DNA of 52,245 nucleotides from Catajapyx aquilonaris (lineage: Eukaryota): the NCBI GenBank assembly GCA_000934665.2, contig JYFJ02002705.1:1-52245 (forward strand), in the 5' to 3' direction. Made by a program: the position numbers and the translations under genes. How positions within the stretch are numbered: the first letter of the stretch is position 1; each line of letters starts with the position of its first letter. Under the pieces are notes generated by a model, which worked only from the letters and a program-made list of their open reading frames with translations, searched no databases and was not told the DNA's origin. Shown here piece by piece: positions 1 to 19,758 of the stretch.

Positions 1-867
1 TTATACAACAATGTGTGTCCGTTTGGGTGGAGTTCAAGGAGCTTTACAGGTAATCTGCAGGCTATTCAGGCACCCAAACCATCGCCACTGACTCTAATAA
101 ATGAAGCGATACAATCAAAACAAGCACTATGAAAAAAGAAATTCGGTCTAAGACAACCCGTCCCTTTCCTGCGTGCGTTCCAGAAAAATTCGAGGTAATG
201 GATAGGTTATGCAGGTTAACATAATTAAGTTTATATCAAAATCGTTGGCACTTTTTCTAAATGACAACACACGTCAAAACAAGTAATTTGTAAAAAGAAA
301 TGAGTGTCCAAGTCCATGCGTTCACTTTCTATGCGGGTTCAAGGAAAACTGCAGGTATGTTACAGTTTTTGCAGGATTGCAGGGTAATCCCATGAGGGAT
401 CACTTGGGAACTTTCAGATATTGTTCAGGAGGGCCAATTGAACATATATCCCAAATTTCGTTTAGTAACTCTAAATGTCCAGGTTGTGGATAAATATCGA
501 CTAAATGCACTGGACTAACTTGTTTTGGCCCAAGGAATGCACTGACTGCAGTTGGCCATACCAGAAATTAGAAGTGGGTGGGAGGCAGGAGTTGTGAGGG
601 TAGCCAGAAAGCATGATTTCAACTGTTACAAGAGTAAAACTGGTAAATGGTATAATGTGGGCAATGATTACCTCCCACCCACCACCTGCATAAAAATTCC
701 AGCTGCCAAGTAACATTTCCCCCCATGGATGGCATACTCGTACTTAAAACATTGGTAAAAGAGCCATTGTCAAAATCTCTTATAATTTATTCACAAGCAT
801 AACTATTCTTAATGCTCTCATGACCTGACAACAGCACAACACGTTCTTCATAATTTTTGGTGCTAAC

Positions 868-7528
<6,661 letters not shown>

Positions 7529-8024
7529 CTTGCGCCTCAAAAGGCCTTGTCAGTCACTAGCACCAGAAGCGGCCGGCAGTTGCCAAGGGCGGCCTTGGAT
7601 GGGGAAGGAAGGAGGACCCGGGAGACGCGGAGACTACAATGCTACCAACATATTTGAAGGGACAATAAAGAAAAGGGGGGGATTGTTTCATTTATTTCCA
7701 ACCCCTTTCCAAGCAAGATGTCCTGCCGTCTAGTGACCAACAGGGAAGCTGTGAAGAAGGATGTTTGGAGCCTGTGATTGGCTATCACTATAGGAGCTCT
7801 TGTGCCGAAATAAAACAGACCTGCCAACCTTGGCTAGCAGTCTTGGAAGTAAAGATGCGATACGATATTTCGATATATCGGATCGATACGATGCCGGATT
7901 TTCCCAGGACATTCAAACCGAGCTTACAAGACTGCACAGTGAAATAGACACAAATGAGAGAAAACTAGGCACCAACTAGCCAAAATTTGGCACAAATTTT
8001 GGCACAATTGCGAAAGTGGAGAGG

Positions 8025-8058
8025 GAGGGAGGGAGAGAGAGAGAGAGAGAGAGAGAGA
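8025..8058. repeat. (GA)n microsatellite
   Basis: GGGAGGGAGAGAGAGAG... run seen directly. Confidence 0.9.
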
Positions 8059-8168
8059 CGCGGATCAGGCAGCGACATCCGATGGCGAAGTACCGAAGTA
8101 AGACGGTGCGGAGGTAGCGCCCGCGGCCGGAACGGTGTTTATGGGAACTCCGTGGTGGTTGGCTTTTT

Positions 8169-8574
8169 CCACTCAAAAAACAAGTTTGTCTATAAATCGG
8201 GCAAAAAATCCTGAATACGAAGGTACAATCCGTTTTTCGCTACTCGGAACGGTAATCCCATGGCGAGGGGTCAAAATGGGGAAATTCAAGTAGTGCGCTA
8301 GAAGCTGGCCGTCCGCCAGCGACGCCCTCGGGACCTTGGGAACTGGATGGCTGCTCCCGCCTGCCCGCGCGCTTAGGCCAATCCCAGAGCGGTGTAGCCC
8401 TCCAGTTCCCCTGTTCCCCGCGTGGTGGCGCAGCTCATTAGCAGACGGCACACTTTGACACCTCGCCTGGGATTACCGTTCCGCGTAGCGAAAAACGGAT
8501 TGCACCTTTGGATTCAGGATTTCCCCCCCGATTTTTAGAGCCAAACCTGTTTTTTGAGTGGAGTGTCCCTTTAA
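8169..8574. mobile_element. Kolobok-like MITE (left terminus truncated)
   Basis: Inverted arms about 8169-8276 and 8451-8561; right end GAGTGTCCCT|TTAA; the TTTTAGAGCCAAAC subterminal motif recurs in the 35684-36119 element. Confidence 0.6.
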
Positions 8575-8972
8575 GATGGTCGGCGTTTTTTTACGTTTTA
8601 TAAATTCCCTGAACACTATTTCCAAAAAACAAAGGTTTATTGCAAATTTAGGACACGCCTGGCTAAATTTTGATATCGCTTCCAATGCTGTAGGCCGTAC
8701 ACAGCGGAGAAATCGCCATCACAGTAGGGTATTAATAATATATAGATGGCATTGTTGACAGTTGAAAAAGTAGCATACGTATACTAATTTTTCCAACCCT
8801 GTTTAAAAAAAAGTATCAAAAGAAATCATTTATGTCATTTATGTTCAGAAAAAAACAATTGATATCGAATAACAATGATACTAACAAGTAACTATGTAAC
8901 GAAACATAACACCAGCTATAGTTTAACCAAAGTTCACTTTCAAACAGGAGCCTTAGGAAATGGCCTCAAACC

Positions 8973-9644
8973 ATGGTTCGATGTGATTACTGTTTGCGCT
9001 TCACATGGCGTGTTGTGAGCCTATGCCTGAGAGGTTCAAATAGGATCGCCCCAAGGGTCTACAGAAATCTCCACATTACCGACTCTGTTTGGAAGACCCA
9101 CTCAGGTACGCATAATTCTACAGGTTTTCTATGCGTTACAATGAGAAAATTAAGTAATAATACTTACTTCTTCCATAGTCTCTTGGACTATAAATTTCAG
9201 GAGGGACTCTGAGATTTCTACCCGACCAACCACTACATCCTCTGCTCCTATTCGCCGTCCGCTACAAGTCCGGTTGCAAGAGGCTGCTGTGCGTCGCCGC
9301 CACATTATACTCCAGCGAAAACAAAGGTAATAACATTGATATGCAGAATGATCAAAATCGCATCGAAATTATGTCATGAATTTCATAACATGGTCATCTT
9401 AGTTTAATTTTTGATGGTCGAATCAGTTTTCTTCTTCACTTTATCTCCTTGTTACAGATGCCAGGATCATCTGGTGACTGTGGAGGTTAGCCGTGCTATC
9501 TACCGTGCACGCCAGGAGGCCGATCGCATGAAGCTATGGAGCCGCCTGAGGAAGAACCTAGAAATGGCACAGGCAAATAGAAACAAATTTGTGATGACGA
9601 AGACAGTCGGACGCTGCCCAAAGAATAGTCCTCGAGATGACTGA
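8973..9644 (+). CDS. Possible small spliced gene of unknown function (basic, coiled-coil-like product in one frame)
   Basis: Donor after 9105, exon 9201-9326, exon from 9458 with a good pyrimidine tract, AATAAA at 9739-9744. Reading frame and start are ambiguous (see findings). Confidence 0.4.
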
Positions 9645-9918
9645 GTTCCAGTTATAAGCTTCAGCGTGGACTTTCAATATGCTAAATTTTGTATGAAATC
9701 AGTTTGATTGTGTGTTTTGGACATCATTTGAAATGTGAAATAAATTACAACGTTAAAATTATAAAGCAAATGTTTTGTTATAAAGGTGCGTTTATATGTG
9801 GGCGATTTGACGAGCGAAGCGGAACTGAATCTTCGCCGAGGGCAGCCCCCGGACACTTCCTCTGCGTTTTGCAGGAGGTGCTCACCTGAGAGCGTCATGA
9901 GACCTTTCACTGCACAGT

Positions 9919-10366
9919 CAGGGAGCATATACTACATAAGAGGCGCAAACATTCGATTTTTGCGCCTCTCTGTTTATAGGGCGTTGCCAAGGCTGGCGGC
10001 CATTTTGAAGTGTGTGGTACGCCAACGAGGTATAAATAGGATACAGGCAGGCCGTCAAGGTCCGCGGGGGTCCGCTATCTTTGATGGTTTTGGCTGCCAT
10101 GGCAATAATACACGGCAATAACAATTTACTTACCCATTCCAATATCGAATTCAAATTCGCGCGTGTTCTTGCCGTGTAGTTGCCATGGCCGCCAAAACCA
10201 TCAAAGATGGCGGACCATATTTTTGCCTGTGCCCTATTTATACCTCGTTGGCGTACCACACACTTCAAAATGGCCGCCAGCCTTGGCAACGCTCTATAAA
10301 CAGAGAGACGCGAACATCAAAGGCGCCGACAGAAGTTTGCGCCTCTTATGTAGTATATGCTCCCTG
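9919..10366. mobile_element. Long-TIR MITE with 7-bp TSD (P-element-like)
   Basis: GCACAGT|CAGGGAGCATATACTACATAAGAGGCGCAAAC...GTTTGCGCCTCTTATGTAGTATATGCTCCCTG|GCACAGT; arms about 190 bp. Confidence 0.85.
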
Positions 10367-12561
10367 GCACAGTTATGTGGCGACCCTACCGGACTACGCT
10401 GAACTTTATAGGTACAAAAGGAAAGCGCTACATGTGGGCCCGCGACTCAAAGTTTATTGTGTGCGTCGCAAAGTTAAGTGTGCGGCACTAAGTTTAGTGA
10501 GTGCGACGTGACCCTTCCAGGCTTCCGTAAGAAATACATAGACTATCATTTACGAGGGGCTGATATCAAAATATAGTGTTAGACCACTCGGTATGACTGT
10601 CTCTGTCTGACACATAACCTGAAACAGAAAATATCAAAATAATCATCATAGGCTATACGTCTATAAATGAATACCTAAGGTTTACAAATACTTTATTATT
10701 AATGGGTGCAGAGCTCGCACAGGTCCATGGTCATTTTCCCGCCATGCACGTAAAAGGCCGTATTACACTAGTGGATGCGAATGTTTCCCTCCGGGAACCG
10801 CACATTTGGATTAGGGTCATCACCAGGGTAGGAGACTGGAGGGGGAAATGAGGTCACTTTGTTAAAACTAGTAAAAGCACACCAACAAGGGGGTGTCCAT
10901 TAGATTGATAGTCTCTCGATGCTATAATTATATGAGAGACATCATGATTGCTTCACACTGCAACTGATCCGACATCCGCATGGCTTTGGTACGGAGTACT
11001 GAATATCACCACTGCCGTACAGTACGCTACTGACCTTGTCGTAATGTGTGAGGACATTTTCCTCTGATCAGATTCCATTGCAGTTCCTGGGGACAGGTAG
11101 TGAAATGTTACAAAAGCCTGTTTCCAACCATGAGGTGTAGGCCAAGTGGCTTCACTCAGTATGAGTGTGTGTGTGTATATACTGCTGGAGGTAGCTACTA
11201 ATATGAAAACTGCAGGTATTTTTCTGAAAAAATTTCAACGGGAAGTGATGTCTAAACACTAAACAGGAATGAGATATTTTATGGGCACTAAAGTAAGAAG
11301 CTCAACCAAGTAAGTTTTGTTTTGTATTGTAGTGTCAATAGCAATAAACCTAATAAGAACTGTTGAAATATCGGTCCAAACAGAGTAAACGCCGTTTTGA
11401 GATGCCTTAATATTATTCTATAGGACCACAGGGATCCGAAGTGATCTGAGGGCTATGTATCATAAATTAGGCTGCCCTTGTTATTTGTGTATTCATGCTT
11501 TTGGTGATATTGATGGAGTCATGCTAGAATGAACCAAATGCAAAAAATTGTTATGCCGTTTTGGCTCTGACACCTTTGCTTGTACTAATGTAAATTTGGA
11601 CCAAATTGCAATTTAAAAATTGTACCTGGTTCACTCTGGTATGAACCAGCCTCATGTCTAATACAACCTGAGTGTCTTGAGTAGTACAAAGTAAGAGAAA
11701 ATGTAAAAAACCGAGATTTTCGAGAAAAAAGGCAATAGTTTTGAGTTGACTTGGTTTTCAGTAACTTAAATATTAGCCTCGAATATAATGTAATTATGCT
11801 TGTCACTGTGTGACGTGATGTTAGTTATAATGAGTAAAGGCACTGTGATTCAAAATAAATCAGCAGAATTTTGGATTCCCAGATCACTTTTTGAACAACA
11901 CAATATACTGAGGAAGCTACGAGATGACATGACCATGTGCATTTCTGGCTAGAAAAAAGAGATAACCGCCTTGCAGGCTCTAACCATACAAATACTTAAA
12001 AAATTGTCGTATAAAAATTCGAAAGTATTAAAAGGTACCAAAAAAACGGGCAAGTTCAAATAATTGAAAGTCTCGATGAATTGGCCATACATTATGTATT
12101 GACCACAGAGGGAGAGGTCAAACCTTCCTTCCAATCTACGTCTTGATGTAACAAGTATCGCAATTCAGGCTCATACAAAAAAGGACCAATGCACGACGTT
12201 TGTCCATCACTCGCGTCCACATTGTCTTGCACTGTGTCATTGTTAAAGAAAACACCGTCTTCATGTTGAGTGTGAGTGTGAGGAAAAAGCATGTAGACTA
12301 TATCTGCATATGACTTGGGTTATTCAGCGAGTGTTTGACGACGCAACTTACCCATTTCCACACTGGCTGCGAAAATGACCATTATTTAAAAAAAAATACA
12401 CAATCGGAGGAGAACCATCTAGTGTGATACGGCCTTTAAAAAAAACACATCCATACATGACACTTGGGAGAAACAGTGTCCGAGGTCCTCCTCCTTGCTT
12501 TGGCAGTGTCCCGTCGGGTGGATGGGCCGGTGGGGGGTCAGGGGTGAACAAATGTCGAGGC

Positions 12562-14371
12562 TCACATGGCCAGTTCACCTCCACCCTTGCGTTTGATCAA
12601 ATGCGGCGAATGTTGATGATCGTAGGCTCGAGAAAGACGTCGCATACGAAGGCACATAATGCAGGCTCCAGCCATCAGAGCCGCCACCAGCAAGCACCCC
12701 ACACCTGTGATTCCATAATATCATTAGTACTAACCTCCTAACTATATATCTGACAAACTTACCCAAGAGGGCGGTGAAGACACCAGTCTTGAGACATACG
12801 CTGTCAATTTCACTTCGAGATGCTGCGAAAAACGAAGGGAAGGACAAAATATTGGCATCTACTGACCTATCTAATATAACCAATGTTCTAAATCTGTCAC
12901 CCAGAAAGGGAGAGGAAGAGAAAAAAGTGTAAACCTGGTGAAGAAGCAGAAGTTGAGGAGACGTCCCTCTCATCCTCCTGAAGTACTCGCAGCGCTTGGA
13001 ACAAATTGATGTTCTCTGATAGCGTTGCATTGCGAGAAGCGAGTAACATGGACGAGGCGTCTCGTTTGCTCACTGTCTTTGCGTTTCTCCAGTAGCAAGG
13101 TTGGCTCTGAAATTCACAATTATTAGCGTATTCCCATGAACATGCAGTCGCGTCATACTGCTAGCGACATTTTCCGTTGTGGCAGACGTGCAAATTGAAG
13201 TGATAGAGTGCGAGCCGTGCGAGTAAGAAATGGGAGCCCTTGGGTGACGTCATTGGCTGGGGACGAGCCTTTTTTCCATTGCCCCCCATCCAGTGACGTC
13301 ACTCAAGACCTCCCTCTTCTTACTTGCACGGCTCGCACGTCCATTTGCACGTCTGCCGCATCGGAAAATGTCGTTAGCAGTATGACGCGATGTCCAACAC
13401 TGTGCGATCTAAGAATACTAACCGGGCAACGTCCGTGGCACATTCGAACATCACATTCAATGTATAGGGCGGGGCTTCCGGTAAAACGAAAGGTTTTCAT
13501 ATAGGCGTACACTTGCGTCTCATATAAGCCGCTATGACTCCACGTGCCTCGGAATGGACTCATCAACTTGCTGTCAACTGGGCACCTGCAACAATCGTTT
13601 GTACAATGGTGTATGCAAATTGACAAAGATGGCTTACCCATAATGATCTATGAGCTGGATTCGCTTATTGGCGCCATTATGAGCATAGCAATCGTTCACT
13701 ACTATATCAAATCCATCTGTGAACAAAAAATCAAGTAATTAGCATATGCCGCAATAATCAAAATAAAATACCAAGTGTGCAGAAGCAAAGTGTCAGAGCA
13801 GGTTGGAAGAAAACATAACTGTATCATGTGTTGTTGGACGAATCGCGATGCGGAAGGAAGTATACATAGCAGTGGTAGGCCACTGGTACTAACGAGAAGA
13901 AGAGCAGAAGCATGCATGAGCAAATGAGGAAACAAAAGGCCCATCAGTGGTGGGCGACTGACCATAATGACTGCGCATGTAAATGAGTAGCGTCAGGGGA
14001 TCACCCACTCGGACAGGGCCCGCTACTCGGTTACCCGAAGTTCCGTATCCGTACCGGATTTCCATGTAGCACTCTGGAGGCGTCAAGGTGAACACCACGG
14101 GGTTTCCCGTTGCCACCCTGCATCGGAACAAGAGCTCATAAAATGCGATCACAATGCAGGTCTTCCGGATTGCAGTTGCTCTAAACATGTAGGCTACTCA
14201 CTCGACGTCCAAGAATGGAAAGGTAACGGTTTTCCAGAAATCGTATCCATATTCGCAGGTGACTTTGAAGTGCTCGTCCCATTCCTCTTCTATCATAGGG
14301 TTGTACTGAACTGTTACGGTGTTCCACATAAAGTTTTTCTGGGAAAGAATCGTCCGGTGGACAGGTGTCAA

Positions 14372-14435
<64 letters not shown>

Positions 14436-17400
14436 CGTTATTGCAATATGCCGGTAACTGTTCTCGTAATGCATCCTCATCACGATAGCAGCTTAGGTCT
14501 GCTTCCCAGGATGACAGCCCTTCGACGGTTCGAAAATTCGTCCCACATGACTGAAGACAGGCATGCCCCTATTCAAATGCTTTCTGCTCAGGATATTTTG
14601 TCATGGCAGTTTCCGCAAGAAGGAAAATACCAACGATTGACCGTGAGAAAATGCCCTGCGGAAGAACTACGGTTCATTCAATAGATTTTGGTAGTATCGG
14701 GCCGCAACAGTAGGAACACATCAGTAGCACTAAAATGCCAAATATTGGTACAAAAGCAGCAATATATTATTGGGCCGAATATTGCTAATATTGTGTCCTG
14801 TTATTAGGCCTAACTCATGCAAAACTCTCCACCAAAAATATGTGACACTGACAGAAGGCTGGTTTCGGCTGTCCTTGTGATGGTTATGAGCTCCCAGAGT
14901 TCCGCATCGGTTGAGCCTGATGAAGAACTCGTAGAAATCCCTGCCGGTACCGTTGACATAGACGCAATCAGGATCGTAGGAGTAGCCCGATGAATAGACC
15001 AGGCCACTGAACGAACCATTCAATGCCACTCTGATCTTCATGTAGTCGTCTTGGCACTCGGCTTCGATATCTGCCAGGCAAATGTAACATACGTCTCATA
15101 AAAATATTTGTATACATTTAACATGAATTGTTTCCTATCCCTGGTCCCATCCAATGGTGGTAATCCACCCCCCTAAGGGAGCCAGAGGCTCTACCACGGG
15201 GTATGATAAATAAATAAAAATAAAATAAATAACACAAAGTTTAGCATCACAACATACCGTCAATGTAACAATTGCGCATTTGACATTTGCCAAAGTTACT
15301 TCTCATATATCCTAAATATGTACAGTACTGGACATTAATTCCGTCATACTACTAGCGACATTTTCCAATGCGGCCGACGTGCAAATCGAAGTGATAGAGT
15401 GCGAGCCATGCGAGAAAGAAATGGTAGGCCTTGGGTGACGTCACCGGCTGGGGACAAGCCTTTTTCTCCATTGCTCCCCAGCCGGTCTGTCAACCAAGGC
15501 CTACCTCTTCTGATTCGTACGGCTCGCACTCTATCACATCGATTTGCACGTCTGCCGCATCGGAAAATGTCGTTAGCAGTACGACGCGATTAATGTCCAA
15601 CACTGTACAGTATAGTGACGAAGCATCAAAATGAATATGTATAGTGCGCCAATTAACAATTTAAAATTATTTAAAACGAGAGAGAAGACACCTCAGAATT
15701 CATGGACATGCCAAAGTTGCTCCGTTAAACGAGACACTTTTGTTTCACGGCGTGAATTACAGGAAGATCTTCAAAAATCGCGCCTGGTTAATCTCCAAAT
15801 TAGAGTCGGGATGGCAGAAATTTTGCAGAAGGTGATTGTCCTACGTTGCTGACAAACACACGCAAAAAAAAAGAAGAAGAAGAAGGCACGGAGTCTCTCT
15901 TCCTTAGAACGGAAGAGAGACAAGGCGGAGCGGAACAAACGAGGAAAGAATTTTAAGGTTCCGGGCACGCCTAAACTTTGGTCACGTCATTCTTTTGCAC
16001 ATGCACAGATCCGACTCCCACGGTCTATAATTGTCCCGAGTGACACCCGGGTTCACTGAATTTAGGGAAAGAATTTTTTTTTAAGAACCGGAAAACAACT
16101 TACGCTGAACTCGAGTCATGTTGACAATCCGACGGAAGTCTAGTCTGTCCCAGGCTGAAGGTCGTGCCCTCAACATCTCTTCATCTTCATCACTGTTGCG
16201 ATGTAGCAGAGGCCTCGATTGTAACGAGTTAATTTCAGGACCACTACTCACGAACACAACCTGAAAGAATTGGTCAGCTCAGATTGTGGGATGATTAGGA
16301 CGCTAAATATTTTAAATATTTGTTATAAATATGTTTAAAAAATATTTTGAATATTTGGTATAAATTTGTAAAAAAATATCTTGAACATTTTATATAAATT
16401 TGTAAAAAACATTTTTAATATTTGTTACAAATGTGTAAAAAATATTTTGAACATTTGGTCCAAATTTGTAAAAAATATTTTGAATATTGGTGTAATTATA
16501 AAAAATATTTTAAATATTTGTTACAAATGTGTAAAAATATTTTAAATATTTTTTATTTTTTATTTTTTAAGTTGTACCCCGTTATCTGGCCGATAGGTCA
16601 TTTCTAGGGGGGTGGATTACCACCATTTGGGGTTTGGAGCGATGTACATGGATATACTTAATTGCTCCAAGGGTAATTAGGAGGGGATGTGCAAAGTGCA
16701 AGTGCGCTGTCGTTAATTGGTCATTTTGTGAACTCCCCCGGGTGGCTTAGTCTATCGGAAATTGCCACCCGAAACGAAGCCAGAGATGGCCCAACTCTGC
16801 ACGAAAGAAGGTGGGAACCCCGGGTGGGGATTGAACCCGGGACCTTAACTTCCGTGAGCGCACGCGTTACCGCGGCGCCACTCCGTCTCCCCAATATTTT
16901 AAATATTTGTTACAAATGTGTAAAAATATTTTAAATATTTGTTATAAATTTGTAAAAATATTTTAAATATTTGTTATAAATTTGTAAAATATTTTTAATA
17001 TTGGTGTAATTATGTAAAAAATATTTTAAATATTTGTTATAAATTGGTAAAAAATATTTTTATGATTTTTCAATACGACATGAGTCCAATTCGGTCACGC
17101 TCAAGTTGAATTTTTTTACATTTTTAAAATTTTATTTTGCAAATTTTGCTTACTGGTTGATGGCTGCTCTCTTGTTCTTGAAGAGCTTCTCTGGTTTCAT
17201 TGTGAAGTTCCACCACAACGAGTGATTCTGGGGCATCGGTGGAGTAATCGTCTGTACTAGAATTACTCGCTTCCGTGGTTTCGTCTTCTTCGGCGCTAAG
17301 AGACTGCTCCAGGCATTTCATCTGCAACGACATGGAAGATGGGACTTGAGTGTGTGGTTGGCAGAATCTTAACAATGTGAGACTATACTCATGTCAGTCA

Positions 17401-17726
17401 CCCTGTCATTTGACTAAACCTGCACATTACTTTTGTGTAAATTTACGAGTATGTAATTTTGAACATGGCACGGAAGCGCGAGAGGGCTGGCTGACTTCTG
17501 GTTATGATTTAAATATCCAGAAGTGCATGTGCACAGTGTGATTTTTGGAGTGATTTTTCACGCAAGCTTCTCCTAGGAAGAGTGTTTTTACAAAATGGTG
17601 ACTGCTAAAGTCCCCATTATTAATTACCTCCAGAAACCAGCAGACCGTTGGAATAAGAGTTGTCGTCATTGTTGCTTCTTAAAACTAATTGCTTGACTAA
17701 CAATAGTCATAGAACGGGGTATGAAA

Positions 17727-17765
<39 letters not shown>

Positions 17766-18221
17766 ATTGCTCGACCAACCAGGGATTTTGGAAGCAAAAC
17801 CGTCACCTTTTTTACGTATTTTGACATTGACCGACAAGTGTCATCATTAAATGGTTTCTGGGTCACCAAACGCATGCAGTGTCACTTGGACAGTACCGTG
17901 CGCTACATTACTTCGTTTGGCGTGTAAGAGCGTGCATATTAGGTGAAGCTACTATGATGAAAAGGGCGACCGCTATAGATAAGGGGCTTATTAGCAAAAG
18001 CCGCTGGGTATTCCCGCTAGATGCAACCCATCTCATGAAAGATGTATTTTACTGTAGGCTGGTCTGCTTTTCGAGTGAGCAGCCTCCCTCACCTCCATTC
18101 ACCAGTTTCTGTGCATCATATATAGGCCTAATTAAAAATGTTACATTACCTGACTAGTAAGCAATGTCAATAAGAGAAAGGTGTACAATCGTAGCCGATG
18201 CATCACTTTCACGTTGGCCAT
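12562..18221 (-). CDS. Type I transmembrane zona pellucida (ZP) domain protein (cuticlin-like apical extracellular matrix protein), apparently complete
   Basis: Phase-consistent exons 18150-18221, 17154-17321, 16104-16260, 14853-15070, 14202-14338, 13963-14117, 13638-13716, 13423-13585, 12935-13106, 12763-12822, 12562-12704. Signal peptide MANVKVMHRLRLYTFLLLTLLTSQMKC, acidic linker, ZP-N (IEAECQDDYMKIRV...DPDCVY...LNRCG...FKVTCEY), ZP-C (VRVGDPLTL...VNDCYAHNG...LIDHYGCPVD...TFRFTGSPALYIECDVRMCHGRCP), dibasic SKR, TM segment (GVFTALLGVGCLLVAALMAGACIMCL), short basic tail, TGA. Confidence 0.93.
13145..13402. mobile_element. MITE, degenerate copy of the 15323-15605 family
   Basis: Shares CGTCATACT.CTAGCGACATTTTCC...CGGAAAATGTCGTTAGCAGTA.GACGCGAT..GTCCAACACTG; palindromic. 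Confidence 0.8.
14373..14434. repeat. (TTA)n microsatellite in a ZP-gene intron
   Basis: About 20 uninterrupted TTA units. Confidence 0.95.
15140..15231 (+). mobile_element. Isolated 3' tail (type 1) of a SINE/LINE, 5'-truncated
   Basis: ATGGTGGTAATCCACCCCCCTAAGGGAGCCAGAGGCTCTACCACGGGGTATG followed by an (A/TAAA)n tail; matches tails at 6.2, 16.6, 29.9 and 36.9 kb. Confidence 0.65.
15323..15605. mobile_element. Tc1/pogo-type MITE (TA TSD, CAGT termini)
   Basis: TA|CAGTACTGGACATTAAT...ATTAATGTCCAACACTG|TA; whole element palindromic; second copy at 13145. Confidence 0.85.
16305..17060. repeat. AT-rich minisatellite (about 33-bp unit AAATATTTTAAATATTTGTTATAAATTTGTAAA) interrupted by a SINE
   Basis: Degenerate tandem units on both sides of the SINE at 16552-16892. 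Confidence 0.85.
16552..16892 (-). mobile_element. tRNA-derived SINE, family A (tail type 1)
   Basis: Reverse complement begins GGGGAGACGGAGTGGCGCCGCGGTAACG (A box) ... GGTTCAATCCC (B box); body TTGCACTTTGCACATCCCCTCCT; A-rich tail. Confidence 0.85.
17723..17767. repeat. (TAAA)n microsatellite
   Basis: About 11 tandem TAAA units. Confidence 0.9.
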
Positions 18222-19758
18222 CTGTAATGAGAGAAAAAAAGAATGGTAATCACACACATAGTCATCTAAAATGATTCAATTAACCACAGTGCTGAAATGC
18301 ATTGTTGAGTTATGCATTAGTGTTGCAATTTGCAATTACCGCTGTCACTAACTGCTAAAATGATTTGTCCACATGCCAGTAGCATCTTAGTGTCGCCAAG
18401 TCCCCCTTACGCAATGGTAAATTTGTAAACATAATCTGACATGGAACTTGACACAATACAGGATGTTCCATAATGTAGGGTAGGCTAGTGTGTACACATC
18501 CTCAGAGGAGCACGTGGTTCTATCTGTTCCAGCCTGCTTCTTTTCGTCGGCGATGCAATAATCTCCCTTTCAATCGCTGATAAAAAGACGCATGCCATTT
18601 ATTCAACGGCACCTACTGTCCTCTCGACCCCGATGCGGACAACAGTTGCTCCCAATACTCACCATTACGGACGTAAACAATTATCGGGAGTGCAGCCTGT
18701 GCCCTTTATTTTCAAGCTTCTTTCCCACCATTGCAATGCATTGCAGTATTTGAGGAGCGTGTGTGCCAAATGGGAAGCGTTACATGGCTGTTTCTGATGG
18801 ACACACTGCAGCATTCCTACCCATTTGCCAAATGCCTCATCGGCATCGCTTTTTTAATGGTAAAGCTTCAATCCACAAGGCGCAAGTAATTGATTTAATG
18901 AAAATTAGCTACAAGGCAATGACGCGTTAGGTTGCTATTACTGTTAAGAATTCAGGGGTAAATAACTTTGCGTTTCAAAAAAAAGAAGTTCTGCCTGATT
19001 ATTGGATAATGACATTTTAACTGGTATTTTGTAAATGGTTAAGCCAGTTGGAAAATTTCATACCCTGGTATTGCACCAATTGAAATTATTCAGTAACTAA
19101 TTTCAGTCAAAAGTATTGCATTCCGAGAAGCACTATTTTCATGTCGGGAATTAAAAGAGGACCCCCCCCCCCTCCAGACCTATAATGTAACCAATATTAT
19201 AATCACTATAATGATTAAATTTTAGCCCACGAATGTAAAATAGCAAGTCATAAAATTATTTGAATGAACTGCTACCTGTTGTGGAAGACAAGAGTCACAC
19301 TGTTCACTGCTGCAGATGTCGAAAAAGTCGACAATAATTTCCGCAGTCATGCTAATGTAAGTGACATGCTGTTCTCATAATTCCTAACGGTTGCATAATA
19401 TATTATAATCATTGCATTCTGAGGCGCTGCAGCGAGAAAGTCGTCAATATTCAGAGCGTTTACTTGGCATTGAGAAAGAACCACTCATATAACACAAGCC
19501 AATCTGCTATACCGTACCGTGCCCGTACCGTGCTGTATGTAATGGACTCAATTAACGTCTAAGAGTAGTTAAATATTAATTTTTCATATTTCTCCTCCAC
19601 CTCATTCACTCAGTGTAATACATAGTTGACTGTACACCAGTCATCATTAATAATAGCACGAATAATCAGGTTAATAAAAACACCGGCTCACTGTCATTAT
19701 CTATACATTGTATCAAGATTTGGGACTCGAACCAGTACAACAAACAAAATTATTTTAA

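Noticed and set aside
14270..14684. Poly-Ile and poly-Leu ORFs resembling membrane proteins
   Set aside because: Translations of the (TTA)n microsatellite.
17322..17375. Longer 5' boundary for ZP exon 2 suggested by the ORF track
   Set aside because: The acceptor at 17368 is out of phase with the signal-peptide exon and hits a stop; the TTGCAG acceptor at 17322-17323 gives the correct frame.
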